NCBI GenBank assembly: GCA_024626585.2
Contig: JANKJI020000002.1
Coordinates: 76,445,232 to 76,465,764 of the forward strand
Source of the DNA: Ginkgo biloba
Taxonomy: Eukaryota; Plantae; Ginkgophyta
DNA length: 20,533 bases
Direction: 5' to 3'
The position numbers were made by a program, and so were the translations under genes. The notes beneath the pieces are model-generated. The model worked only from the letters and a program-made list of their open reading frames with translations, searched no databases and was not told where the DNA came from. Positions 1 through 10,214 of this stretch are shown piece after piece. Within the stretch, counting starts at the first letter, position 1, and each line of letters opens with the position of its first letter.

Positions 1-171
1 GGAAGTATAAGTGGAATAACTTAACCCTCCTTATTCTATTTAGCAAAAGAAAAATAAAGGATTTCTTATCTTAAATGATGATAAGGAGGAGAGAGACAAG
101 GGAATAGAAATAGAATAAGAGTGTGAAGAACCCTTTAGAAAGATTCTAGAAGCAAAGAGTATGAATTATGA

Positions 172-760
172 ATGGTTCAAGAATTCCTTAACATTCAAAT
201 ATTTCATGAAGAACCTATAACATTTCTTAATGACTTTATGGGCTTATCAAGATTCACGAATTTTACACGCATGGAATTACTAAAGAAGATTTATTTTTTT
301 GAAGGACGATTAAAGGGCAATCATGCATTTGATGAAGTAATTAAAGGAACTTTGCATGGAGAAGTAGAGATGAAACAAAGTAGAGAAGGGTCACTACACC
401 AAATAATATATGGAAGAAAAAAATAAGGAGCTTTCTATTATAGTGGATGTTCTTACAGGAAGTTTTTCTTGTCTAATAGATGAAGAAGTTATAGAAATAA
501 AGAGAATTAAAACACTCAAGATATAAGAAGGGAAATTACTTATTATTATAGCTAGATGTGTGCAAGTAAAGTGGTTTGGCTACAAGGACTTGTGGTATTA
601 AGACATAAATAGAAGATCCATATCTAATTTCTTCAAATGGATTTTAAACATATATAGTAAGAGAGAGAAGTAGGTTTATAAAAAAATTAAGCTTTAAAAG
701 CGAATTGGAGGAGAGGAGTAATAAAAAAGTCAAAATTAGATGAAAAAAATCTAACTAATT
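172..760 (+). mobile_element. Degenerate Ty3/gypsy gag (Retrotrans_gag-like) remnant
   Basis: ORF 172-426 reads IQIFHEEPITFLNDFMGLSRFTNFTRMELLKKIYFFEGRLKGNHA. This parallels plant gag IPxFxG..PxxFLxW...ExxFxF......KKxxF...RLKGHA. Frameshifted KFF..D and NGF*TYIVRE (compare YxNGLxxxIxxE) follow downstream. It resembles the better-preserved gag at 11585-12010. Confidence 0.5.
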
Positions 761-3299
761 ATAGATATATTAACCTAACTAGAAGGGAATAGATATGAAA
801 TTTAATATCAAATGTAAGATCAATAGGAGGACATTACTTAACTCTAGGAGGTGGATTGGTTAAAGAACCATTAGAAATAAGAAGTAAAAGAGGCTAAATA
901 TCCTAGGAAATGGCAATAATAGGATCAACACCAAAGTAAAAGTAGGAGGAGGATCATCTTGGAGTAAAATAACTTGAGCAAGATGGGATTTCACAGATTA
1001 CACTATAATATAAAAATAAAGTGAGACATTAAGAAAACAGTTGGAAGTAAGAGGACAAAATCAACCTTATTCAACCTTATTAATGCAATCTTATGAGTCA
1101 AAATTCTTTTATATTTACTTCCCTACCACTTGCATTAAATAGCATGATCAAGTTTCTATGGCTATTTCGTTATTATTAGTCAACTTAGTTATTACTCTTA
1201 CCTTATTCAACATTAGTAGACATGAGGTCTCACTGTTTGATTTAGTACAGAACATATCCTACTACTCTGATTGATGTCATCTAGAAACTCAAAATCCACC
1301 GTCTTTTCTCCAACATATCATAAAATCGTTCTACGTTTTCTTTTAATATTGAATAGTAGAATGAGTATCAGTGATTAAATCTGCAGTTTTACATAACAGA
1401 CCATAGTAATTATCCTAATGTCAACTTGAAAGCCTGGGATGATTAACGATTTAAAATGATAAATTGATAAAATACAACATCCGTAGCTCCATGGACCATA
1501 ATAAGCCAATGGAAAAAAAATTCAAGACTAGAAATATAAAGAAGAGCCCATCCACTATATGTGGCTCTACCATTGAGCCGTAGATGAAAAATTGTGCAGC
1601 AGTCACTCCAAGTATTTAAAAGCCATAAATATTTAGTAGAATATCTCGACTCTCAAGCCTAATTAATAATTAAAAGAAGTGCATGCCTAATAATCAAGGG
1701 CAGCGTGAGGCAATCGAATGAATATTGATGTAATTTGTCATGCATATAAATAATATTTCAAACCTGTATTAGATTATATTACTTAGGATTAATGACATAT
1801 TGGGCAAAGAGATTAAATTAATATTACTGAAAATGAGGTAGTGATTTTATTCAAACTGGAAATACTAAACCAATCAATTAAGTGAGATACACATAGATAA
1901 TTTATGGTAACACATAAAACCAAAAAAAAAAAATTACAACCTTTGCTAAATAATACTAAAATTAAAATAAAATCAACACTAGAGACACTAGTTTGCATTG
2001 CAACTAGATGACACACTCTATTTTCATAGTAAAAATAAAATATCCATATTGCTATAGTTCAGTATTGGACATATGGAATTTAGATGTTGACTAATCGATT
2101 ACACCCTTGTAGGTTGAATGATTATATTATAGATAGTGCCTTGCCTCAACCTAAATTCAAAGTCGTAAAGCTCTAAAAATATGCAACAATATACATATTA
2201 ATACAACAAATAATAGATGACAAAATTCAAAGTTTTTTTGTCTCACTCCTCTATGTATTTAGACAACTTAACATTGAAATTAGAAATATGTGAGTTCATC
2301 AAACAAAATTCAACGATTCATCAAATCACATACATTTGCATTTGCATTTACTTCGAAGATAGACATATAACATATGATTGAACCACTAAGATATGTAGAT
2401 AAGATCCTACTACCCAAAGACTCAAATAAAAAAATATTATCAATACAATAAACTATCAGATTTTCCTCTTAGAAATAACAACATAATTGGCATGCATGAT
2501 TTACTCTAGTCATACCACAAAGTTAGAATTATGAACAATTAATAATTTAAAACACTAACAACTACCACTTANNNNNNNNNNNNNNNNNNNNNNNNNNNNN
2601 NNNNNNNNNNNNNNNNNNNNNNNNNNNNNNNNNNNNNNNNNNNNNNNNNNNNNNNNNNNNNNNNNNNNNNNGAAAGTCTTTTGGGTGCATGACCATTGGG
2701 TTATACAAAAAATAATAGTGGATTTACCCTAATATGCCATACATTATCAAACCTTGAATCTATCTATAACCCTTAAGCCATAATGCCAATTCTCTTAAAT
2801 ATTCTACATAAAATAGTAGTGCCATTATTATCTAAGATTTTTAAATCAATTTTTTAAGAGGATTCATATCCAATTTGACATCTATAGAAATTGTNNNNNN
2901 NNNNACTACCTACCAATGCAATCCCCCATCTTTCCTAGTGAATCCAACATGGACAAGCTAATCAAATTTTACAAATATTTATGTTTGTTATGAGATGGAT
3001 GGAAATCATCGTAAATTCACTCTAAAAGTAAAAGCTAATTAAAGGTTTATCATATAAATAATAGGTAGGAGGATATTTGTTTGGACATAAAGAATTCCAT
3101 TGTTTTGACATATTTCATTATATTATGGTATAGAGACCATTATTTATTTATGGGTAGAGAAGGGTCTCTTATTGAGATTTTTGCATAGCTAAGGGAAAGA
3201 AAAAATGGTTGTTCTCATGGAAAAGGTTGATCGATGTAGTTCTATAAGAAAGAAAANNNNNNNNNNTTTACATGAAGCATACAATCCTAGAGATAAGAA

Positions 3300-3600
3300 A
3301 GAAAATGGGTTCTATGGAGATCATAGATTAGTGGGTGCCTAAGTGGCACTTAGTTATGGGTTTGCATTTACACAGAAGTATTCCAAGGTTGAGGGTGGTA
3401 CATTTTCTCTATTTGGAGAGAATGCAACCAATCAAGGATAACTTTTTGAGAATCTTAACATTTTTTCCATTTGGGAACTTAGTTGGTTGGCCAACATCAT
3501 TGAGCTCTCCCAAGTTGTTATAGGCAATGTATAAGTTTGGATTGGTATGAGAGGACTTCCTTTGCATTACAAATGAATGGTTTTGTAGGATTCTAAATTA
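3300..3600 (+). mobile_element. L1-type LINE ORF1 remnant (DUF4283-like)
   Basis: The frame starting at 3361 reads KVEGGTFSLFGENATNQG*LFENLNIFSIWELSW...NV*VWIGMRGLPLHY. VWIGMRGLPLHY matches the VWVRxxGLPLHxW motif of plant L1 ORF1. In-frame stops are present. Confidence 0.55.
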
Positions 3601-3829
3601 TAGTATTTGGAGGTGAGTGTTTATTAATTTTATAATGAAAATCAAATGAAAATTTATTTTCAAATGGATCGGCTAAAAAATTAATTANNNNNNNNNNNNN
3701 NNNNNNNNNNNNNNNNNNNNNNTTTATAAAATTGAGAAAAAAAAAAAGTAAATAAGAATATCAATATCACAAAGTCCCTACTTAAAAGGCAGGGAAAACA
3801 AAGATTCACTTATAGACCCATTATAGATG

Positions 3830-4345
3830 GGCCATTAATTATCTAATATTAGCATTAACCCAATTAAAGAAGGATTCACACTCATATCACCTTTCGTTAT
3901 ACATACCATTAAAATTAAAGGTACACATAAATGGTGACATAATGATAAGGATGNNNNNNNNNNNNNNNNNNNNNNNNNNNNNNNNNNNNNNNNNNNNNNN
4001 NNNNNNNNNNNNNNNNNCACTTTTGAAGGGAGTTTGAATAATGGCAACGCATACACAATGAATGAAAATTCATAAAGAAATTAACAAACACATTGATTAA
4101 AACTCATATCATGTCATCTAAAAATAAAATACGTTAACAACAAGCATCCATATAACCCTTGGTATGATAATGAATGTAAGGAAGATAGAAGAATGATAAA
4201 ATTAAATATGGAGAAAGGAGGAAAAAGGAAATCCAACCATACTTATAAGAGGATTACTAATAAAAAGAACCATAAATTTGTACAAAAAAATTGCAGGAAA
4301 TTCCTAAAGCTATGCAAGAATAAAACCAAATGATCTTAGAAAAAT
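3830..4345 (+). mobile_element. Non-LTR retrotransposon ORF2 fragment (endonuclease-RT linker, RTE/RTEX-like)
   Basis: From 4139 the frame reads NKHPYNPWYDNECKEDRRMIK...TYKRITNKKNHKF...LCKNKTK*S*KN. This matches the PWF/YDxECxxxR...YKxxxxxKK...NPKxFW linker motif. A weak SDH-like end of the APE domain (SYHLSLYI) lies near 3880-3905. The fragment is cut by gaps. Confidence 0.55.
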
Positions 4346-4910
4346 NNNNNNNNNNNNNNNNNNNNNNNNNNNNNNNNNNNNNNNNNNNNNNNNNNNNNNN
4401 NNNNNNNNNNNNNNNNNNNNNNNNNNNNNNNNNNNNNNNNNNNNNTAAAAAATATGGAGAGATCTTTCAAGTCATTAAAATATGATGGTATCTCTACATA
4501 TATATTATATGATGAATGTACATTGTCTTCTTCTATAGTAGATCCCATAACCTTCTAATTGCATCTATTAACTACCACTAGTAGATTTATGCCTATTTCT
4601 AAATCTACTCTTCATAGGAATGAATATAGGAGGTCAAAACTAGAGTTATTTATTAATGGATAATGGTATATCCTTAGGAGAGATCCTAGGTGATATGGTA
4701 TATCAGAGTAATTTGATCACATATATTTTAGTTTTGAATATCCCATAGATAGGCCTCTTATAAGGGAAAGGATATTATTTCTCATAGATTGGGTTATGGA
4801 GTTTGTGAGAGATCTTAGATTACATGGTATATNNNNNNNNNNNNNNNNNNNNNNNNNNNNNNNNNNNNNNNNNNNNNNNNNNNNNNNNNNNNNNNNNNNN
4901 NNTGAGCCTC

Positions 4911-4934
4911 TACTCTGATAAAGAAATTGTACCA
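4911..4934 (-). other. Interrupted tRNA-iMet primer binding site candidate
   Basis: The minus strand directly after the LTR end ...CTCTTCA reads TGGTA caatttctt TATCAGAGT. This is TGGTATCAGAG(C) with a 9-nt insert and a duplicated TA. Confidence 0.4.
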
Positions 4935-5160
4935 TGAAGAGGAAAAGATTTAAAACACACAAAAGGGCTATATTCTTTAGATCTATTTATATATCATAAA
5001 ATTGTCCTCTATTTATACTTATAGAGGACTTCTAACTTCCATAACCACTAACTACCCTTAACCAAAACATACCTTCTTGATCATGTGACCACTAACAACA
5101 TTATCTCTACTAGCATCATACGATAATTGATGTGACCACTAACAACATTATATTCTAACA
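4935..5160 (-). mobile_element. Short (226 bp) LTR, Ty1/copia-type
   Basis: The minus strand starts TGTTAGA immediately after a PPT and ends TCTTCA, giving TG...CA termini. It holds a 22-bp direct repeat (5083-5104 and 5130-5151) and a TATA-like TATAAATA overlapping a 9-bp inverted repeat (5004-5029). Confidence 0.6.
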
Positions 5161-5171
5161 TTCCCCCTTAA
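5161..5171 (-). other. Polypurine tract of copia-type element
   Basis: Minus strand TTAAGGGGGAA directly abuts TGTTAGA. A second ATTAAGGGGG copy lies about 55 bp upstream (5216-5225). Confidence 0.65.
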
Positions 5172-5229
5172 TGTTAATTAGGGGTCATGATGAGGTGTTG
5201 GCATTACCTAAGATACCCCCTTAATAATA

Positions 5230-5400
5230 ACCACTAAAAATTGTTCAACATGGATCTTGCCTACCAATTTGGGTCTTATAGTTAATAAGGTACCCATCAA
5301 TATTTACATATTTTGTTTATGACTATTCCTATAATTTAGTAGAAATTCATGCATCATATCAATAATAATTCATTTCCCATATCCATAAAATTGATTACAT
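5230..5400 (-). mobile_element. Highly decayed Ty1/copia RNase H C-terminus
   Basis: The minus frame reads YD..ISTKL...*TKYVNIDGYLI, comparable to copia CDNxSAIKL...RTKHIEIxxHFIR. It sits where expected, upstream of the PPT. Confidence 0.35.
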
Positions 5401-5934
5401 GATTACATATAGGCTAATTACCATCTACCAATACACCTAGGTAACCAGCCATGGTGCTTGCCAGTTCTATAGAAAAGTACCCTAGATAAATGTCATATAA
5501 TCAAACCATTAACCTAAAAATGAGAACAAATTTAGTTTGNNNNNNNNNNNNNNNNNTGGATATGGCCACCTCTATTCTCACATCTATATATTAACATGTG
5601 GAAACTAATCCATGATGTGAATATCTTACAGAAAAACTTCTACAATATCATTTCCCTTTATGGAAAACTTGTCCTTTACAAATAACTTGGTTCCTAACAT
5701 GAGCCAACAATAAAACTAAATCTTTAAACATGGTCTACAACAACACTTAATCACTTCTCTTCTCCTCCTATGATATGGAACTCTCCATTAGTTNNNNNNN
5801 NNNGCTAACCCATGAATGGGGATTCATTTCTATGTAAATAATTATCATGAGAGTGAATGAAATTGGGATAAAGTTCCCAAAGTAAGAATCAAGAGATTAT
5901 TTCCTCTAGATCAAGAGAAGAGGGTCCAACACAT

Positions 5935-6250
5935 TTTAAATACTTGAGTTATCATATTTGAATGAGTTGATGATTTTTGTGTCATAAAAATCAAAATGAG
6001 TTTCTATAATAGGGGCCAAGCATAGTTGTTCAAAGTCATGTTAATACTATGTTCTGATGTTTCAAGTTGTAACTATTGGAGCAATTGCATGAAAATTGGC
6101 CACTGAATACCTTCGATCATTCTCTATTAAGAAGACTTAATATCATAGTGATAGTTCTTGAACCCAAATGGAAAATGTATTCGCATAAAAACTTGCACCC
6201 ATCAACACTTTATACGAAGACTTTAGGTTTTGGACTTCAAGAAACCCAAG
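5935..6250 (+). mobile_element. Possible decayed Ty3/gypsy RT C-terminal/connection region
   Basis: Scattered motifs occur in the expected order across frameshifts: KYLSYHI (compare YLGHxI), CNYW (compare xNYYR) and VLDFKKP (compare LPDFxKPF). The match is weak. Confidence 0.3.
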
Positions 6251-6530
6251 GGGAAAGCATTAATGGTCATTTTTAGAATCCTTGAGATCCTAAAGATAGA
6301 TTGAAAACCCAATTCCAATAATTGCATCTATTTAATTTGGATATCATATCTATAAAGGGGTACACAATAGTTATCAAAGTTCATAGGTTGGGAGTTTCTC
6401 AAGAATTAGGGTGAAAAATTCCCAGAATCTNNNNNNNNNNNNNNNNNNNNNNNNNNNNNNNNNNNNNNNNNNNNNNNNNNNNNNNNNNNNNNNNNNNNNN
6501 NNNNNNNNNNNNNNNNNNNNNNNNNNNNNN

Positions 6531-7357
6531 TCAAGAAAAGGGAATATGTATGTATTAAAAGCCACTAATTATTTGACTAAATGGGTTGAGGCAATCCCTC
6601 TTAAAAAGGATTCCTGTAACTAGGTCATATAATTCCTAGAGAAGAATATTCTATCATGGTTTGGGATTTTGAGATAGATTATATCAGATAATGGAAATAT
6701 GGTTATATTAGTCAATATGATTGATTTTTTTAGAACCTATGGGATATTGTTGACTCCCTCCTCCAACTATTATCCTCAGGGTAATGGCTTAGATGAATCA
6801 ACTAAAAAGAATCTCATTAAGATTCTTAAGAGGATGGTGAAGGAAAATCAATAGGAATGGCACACTAAGTTATGTCTATCTTTTTGGGTAGTTAGAATCA
6901 CACAAGAATTTGGCCTTGGATGTTGCCTATATGCTATAGTGTATGTGAAATAAGTTATTTTGCCAATCAATGTCCATATTTTGGCATTAAATTTAGTTAT
7001 CCAATAAAATGGTAAATTTTTTGTTAATGATACCATCGAAGGGTGGTTGTTTTACCTCCTATGTCTAGAGGAGAAAAGGCAAGCTATAGTTTTACTCTCT
7101 CATAAATATCAAGAAAAGATTAAGCGGAGTTTTGATAAAAATCTTCAAAGAAGGAATTCCATGTAGGTGATCGAGTGTTAATATGGAATAAATAGAAAGA
7201 TAAACCTAGCGATCATCACAAGCTTAATTCCCTTTGGCTTGGTCATTATGAGATTATTGAGTTAATTGGAGATAATTCCTTTAGACTCAAACTAAAACAT
7301 GGAAATATTTTTCCTATTCTAGTAAATGGACAATATCTAACGTATTTTTATTTATAA
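6531..7357 (+). mobile_element. Ty3/gypsy integrase pseudo-ORF, non-chromovirus (Tat/Ogre/Athila-like)
   Basis: Translation gives YVLKATNYLTKWVEAIPL...FG..*IISDNG...SSNYYPQGNGLDESTKKNLIKILKRMV...EWHTKL (rve core). It continues FHVGDRVLIW...WLGHYEI (GPY/F module) and VNGQYLTYF, with the stop at 7355-7357 and no chromodomain. There are several in-frame stops and a frameshift near 7140. The 5' end is in a gap. Confidence 0.9.
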
Positions 7358-8814
7358 AGCCAAAGATGAGCTTTGTATATATTATATAGTAAGAAAATTT
7401 TCTATTCAAATCATATCCATTTTTAAGTATGTAAATATTTTCTTTATTTTCATAATCAAATGATACAATAGAGTATCCAAAAGGGAGAAAAATATAGAGT
7501 CTAAAGTGGCTCTAGTGTGGGACATATCTCTAGCTCATCAAAAGTGGAACTAAGTTACAATTACAATGATGGAGAATATTTGTAACATAGTTCCTTACAA
7601 GAGATATGATATTTTTTAAGATTCAATCTTCTATTATCAACAATGGTCATTGATGATTTTTAGAAAATTGCATGCTAAGCAACATCATGTATTGCATGTC
7701 ATGATCTGATGAAAAGTTATCGCCCCTAGAAAAAAGTATTTTGAGGTTCAAATGTTGAGAAGAGTTATTATATATCCTTCCCTTCATCATTTTCCTTGAC
7801 CTNNNNNNNNNNNNNNNNNNNNNNNNNNNNNNNNNNNNNNNNNNNNNNNNNNNNNNNNNNNNNNNNNNNNNNNNNNNNNNNNNNNNNNNNNNNNNNNNNN
7901 NNTGACATATTATTTTTTTTAGATTAAAGTTGGAACTATATTATCATAATAACAAAACCACATCAAAGGGTTATAGATATCGAAGAACCTAGAAAAGATA
8001 CACTTAAGTCATTACTTATACTAAATCTTCCTGCATTCTTAAATATTAGTTCTAAACTGGTGATAAAGCATCAACCTATAATATTATAGTTTGTAGAGCT
8101 TCTGCTCCTACCTTTGAATACTTGTGCTGAGACTCCTTTTGGAAAAGCCTCCCTTTTTTTATTTTTTTGTAGTTAAGAATGGATTGGAGTTTACTTTACT
8201 ACACTTTCATAGTTAACTTTCATATCTTGTGTCAGAGGATTGAATCTATTTTCACCCAAAATATCCTTAATTTTCTCATCCTAAGTGAATTTTGTCAGAT
8301 GATGGACACTTGTATTTCTTTCTTTAGGTTTTTTTGGTGGAGCTTCTTCCTCCACGATATTGGACATACTCTATAATATCTTATTAGCTTCTTTAGCCTA
8401 CATTGGTTATCTCTATTAGAACCTCTTTTCTATGTGTTTATTCTTCCCTTCCACCTTAGTCCATTCCTGATATTTACTTTCAAGTTTTGGAAGAGGCAGA
8501 GGACCTCTCCCATTTTTTTCTTATTAGCCTTATTCCTTATGGATTCGAGTTGTTTATTTAGCATAGGTTTTTCTAGTTTAGGATTACATTATCCTCCTCT
8601 CATCATCTCTCCTATTTTACTCTTTGTCTTAGGAAAAACTTCCTAACATGACCAACTTGGTGACATAATATACAACAAAAAGGAACTTAGGCATAATCTA
8701 CTTGAACTTTGAATATTTTATNNNNNNNNNNNNNNNNNNNNNNNNNNNNNNNNNNNNNNNNNNACTTCTACACAAACTCTTTCCACTCCTCTGGTATTAT
8801 AATGAACCATATAT

Positions 8815-8932
8815 TCATAAATAAAGTGAACCTTACCCACCATAGAACCAATATTATGGATCCTATCTGGGTACCTAACCTCATCAAGAAGGTAATGGAA
8901 TTTAACCCATATAAGCATCTTGAGGGGGGGAA
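8815..8932 (+). mobile_element. Possible chromodomain remnant and polypurine tract at a retrotransposon 3' end
   Basis: GAGGGGGGGAA at 8922-8932 is followed by TATTTT, possibly a mutated TGT LTR start. Upstream IK*TLPTIEPILW weakly resembles chromodomain IKWxxLPxExATW. Confidence 0.3.
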
Positions 8933-9115
8933 TATTTTCAAGATTAAAGAAGGGGTACCAACGTTAAAAGGCTAGTTGTGATCAACTTTTAACTTTTTTT
9001 TAAAATTTCTTGAGANNNNNNNNNNNNNNNNNNNNNNNNNNNNNNNNNNNNNNNNNNNNNNNNNNNNNNNNNNNNNNNNNNNNNNNNNNNNNNNNNNNNN
9101 NNNNNNNNNNNNNNN

Positions 9116-9872
9116 TCTAACGCACTTCCATTTAGTGGGAGTCTCGGCAGACAAACACTCCTTATCTCTCAAGTATCGAACATAATAGTCCATAAGCCCA
9201 AAATATTACCTAGATAAACACTCCTTACTAAAGTATTAAAAATATTACTTGATTGATTAAGATTACGATGCATGTAAATTGTTTTATTACGCACTTCCAT
9301 TTAATGGGAGTCTTAGTAGAAAAACACTCCTTATCTCAACTCTAACACATTTCCATTTAGTGGGAGTCTCAGGAGACAAGCAATCCTTATCTCAAGTATT
9401 GAAAATAAAAGTCCATAAGCCCAAAATATTACCTAGACAAACACTCCTTAGCAAAGTATTAAAAATAGTGGTCTGTATGAACAAATGTTCTAATAAGATA
9501 ACAATGATGAATAAATGAAAGTTGAACAAGACTCTAACACACTCCCATTTAGTGGGAATCTTAGTAGACAAACACTCCTTATCTCAACTCTAATGCACTT
9601 CCATATAGTGGGAGTCTTAGTAGATAAACATTCATTTTCTAAAGTATTGAATATAATAGTCCATAAGCCCAAAATATTACCTAGACAAACACTCCTTACT
9701 AAAGTATTGAAAATATTACTTGATTGATTAAGATTGGGTGCATGTAAATTGTCTTATCAAGCACTTCCATTTAATGGGAGTCTTAGAAGACAAACATTCC
9801 TTATCTCATCTCTAACTCACTTCCATTCCTTATCTCAACTATTGAATATAGTAGTCCATTAGCCCAAAATAT
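9116..9872. repeat. Nested tandem repeat: about 56-bp A modules, about 72-bp B modules and two linkers, with a period of about 471 bp
   Basis: A is approximately TCTAACGCACTTCCATTTAGTGGGAGTCTTAGTAGACAAACACTCCTTATCTCAAC (7 copies). B contains GTCCATAAGCCCAAAATATTACCTAGACAAACACTCCTTA (4 copies, the last partial). The order is A B X A A B Y A A B X A A' B'. Linker X recurs at 9247 and 9718. Confidence 0.95.
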
Positions 9873-10057
9873 CAACTTTTATATTAATTGCTAAGTGCGA
9901 AAATGTGTAGCACAAGATATGGAGGGTGATTAAAATAAAAAATTGCCCAAGATATTTCATTTCAAGAGGATATGACAATGTATGCACCTATTACCTTTTA
10001 ACCTTCAAAGGAAAGCTTGATAGGACAAATTCCTTATACAGGCCTACTCTCATAATC

Positions 10058-10067
10058 TATATATATA
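10058..10067 (+). promoter_or_regulatory. Candidate TATA box of the Kunitz gene
   Basis: TATATATATA lies about 150 bp upstream of the inferred ATG at 10215, at the start of a locally CpG-retaining stretch. Confidence 0.35.
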
Positions 10068-10214
10068 CGGACCTTACCCCACGATAAGCTCCGAGCAATC
10101 CTTAAGAAGAAAACTATAATGGAAATTCAAGCACGATATTTAGCTGAAACTATTGTTATAATATTATATGAGATTCACATATGAAAGGTTTTTCTTTTGC
10201 TTAATTATTTTTGT

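Noticed and set aside
5804-7357. A single continuous gypsy pol (RT followed by integrase)
   Set aside because: The two parts are separated by a 100-N placeholder gap and differ greatly in decay, so continuity cannot be supported.
7700-7740. Hammerhead ribozyme core (CTGATGA...GAAA)
   Set aside because: The sequence between the two motifs cannot form stem II, and no flanking stems are evident.
8972-9727. ORFs 8972-9193, 9279-9518, 9490-9672 and 9515-9727 as repeat proteins
   Set aside because: They are incidental translations of the DNA repeat on both strands. The module lengths do not preserve a frame.
9116-9872. CRISPR-like array (palindromic repeat with intervening sequences)
   Set aside because: The intervening segments are themselves repeated (B four times, X twice), the modules are too long and variable, there are no cas genes, and the context is plant transposon DNA.
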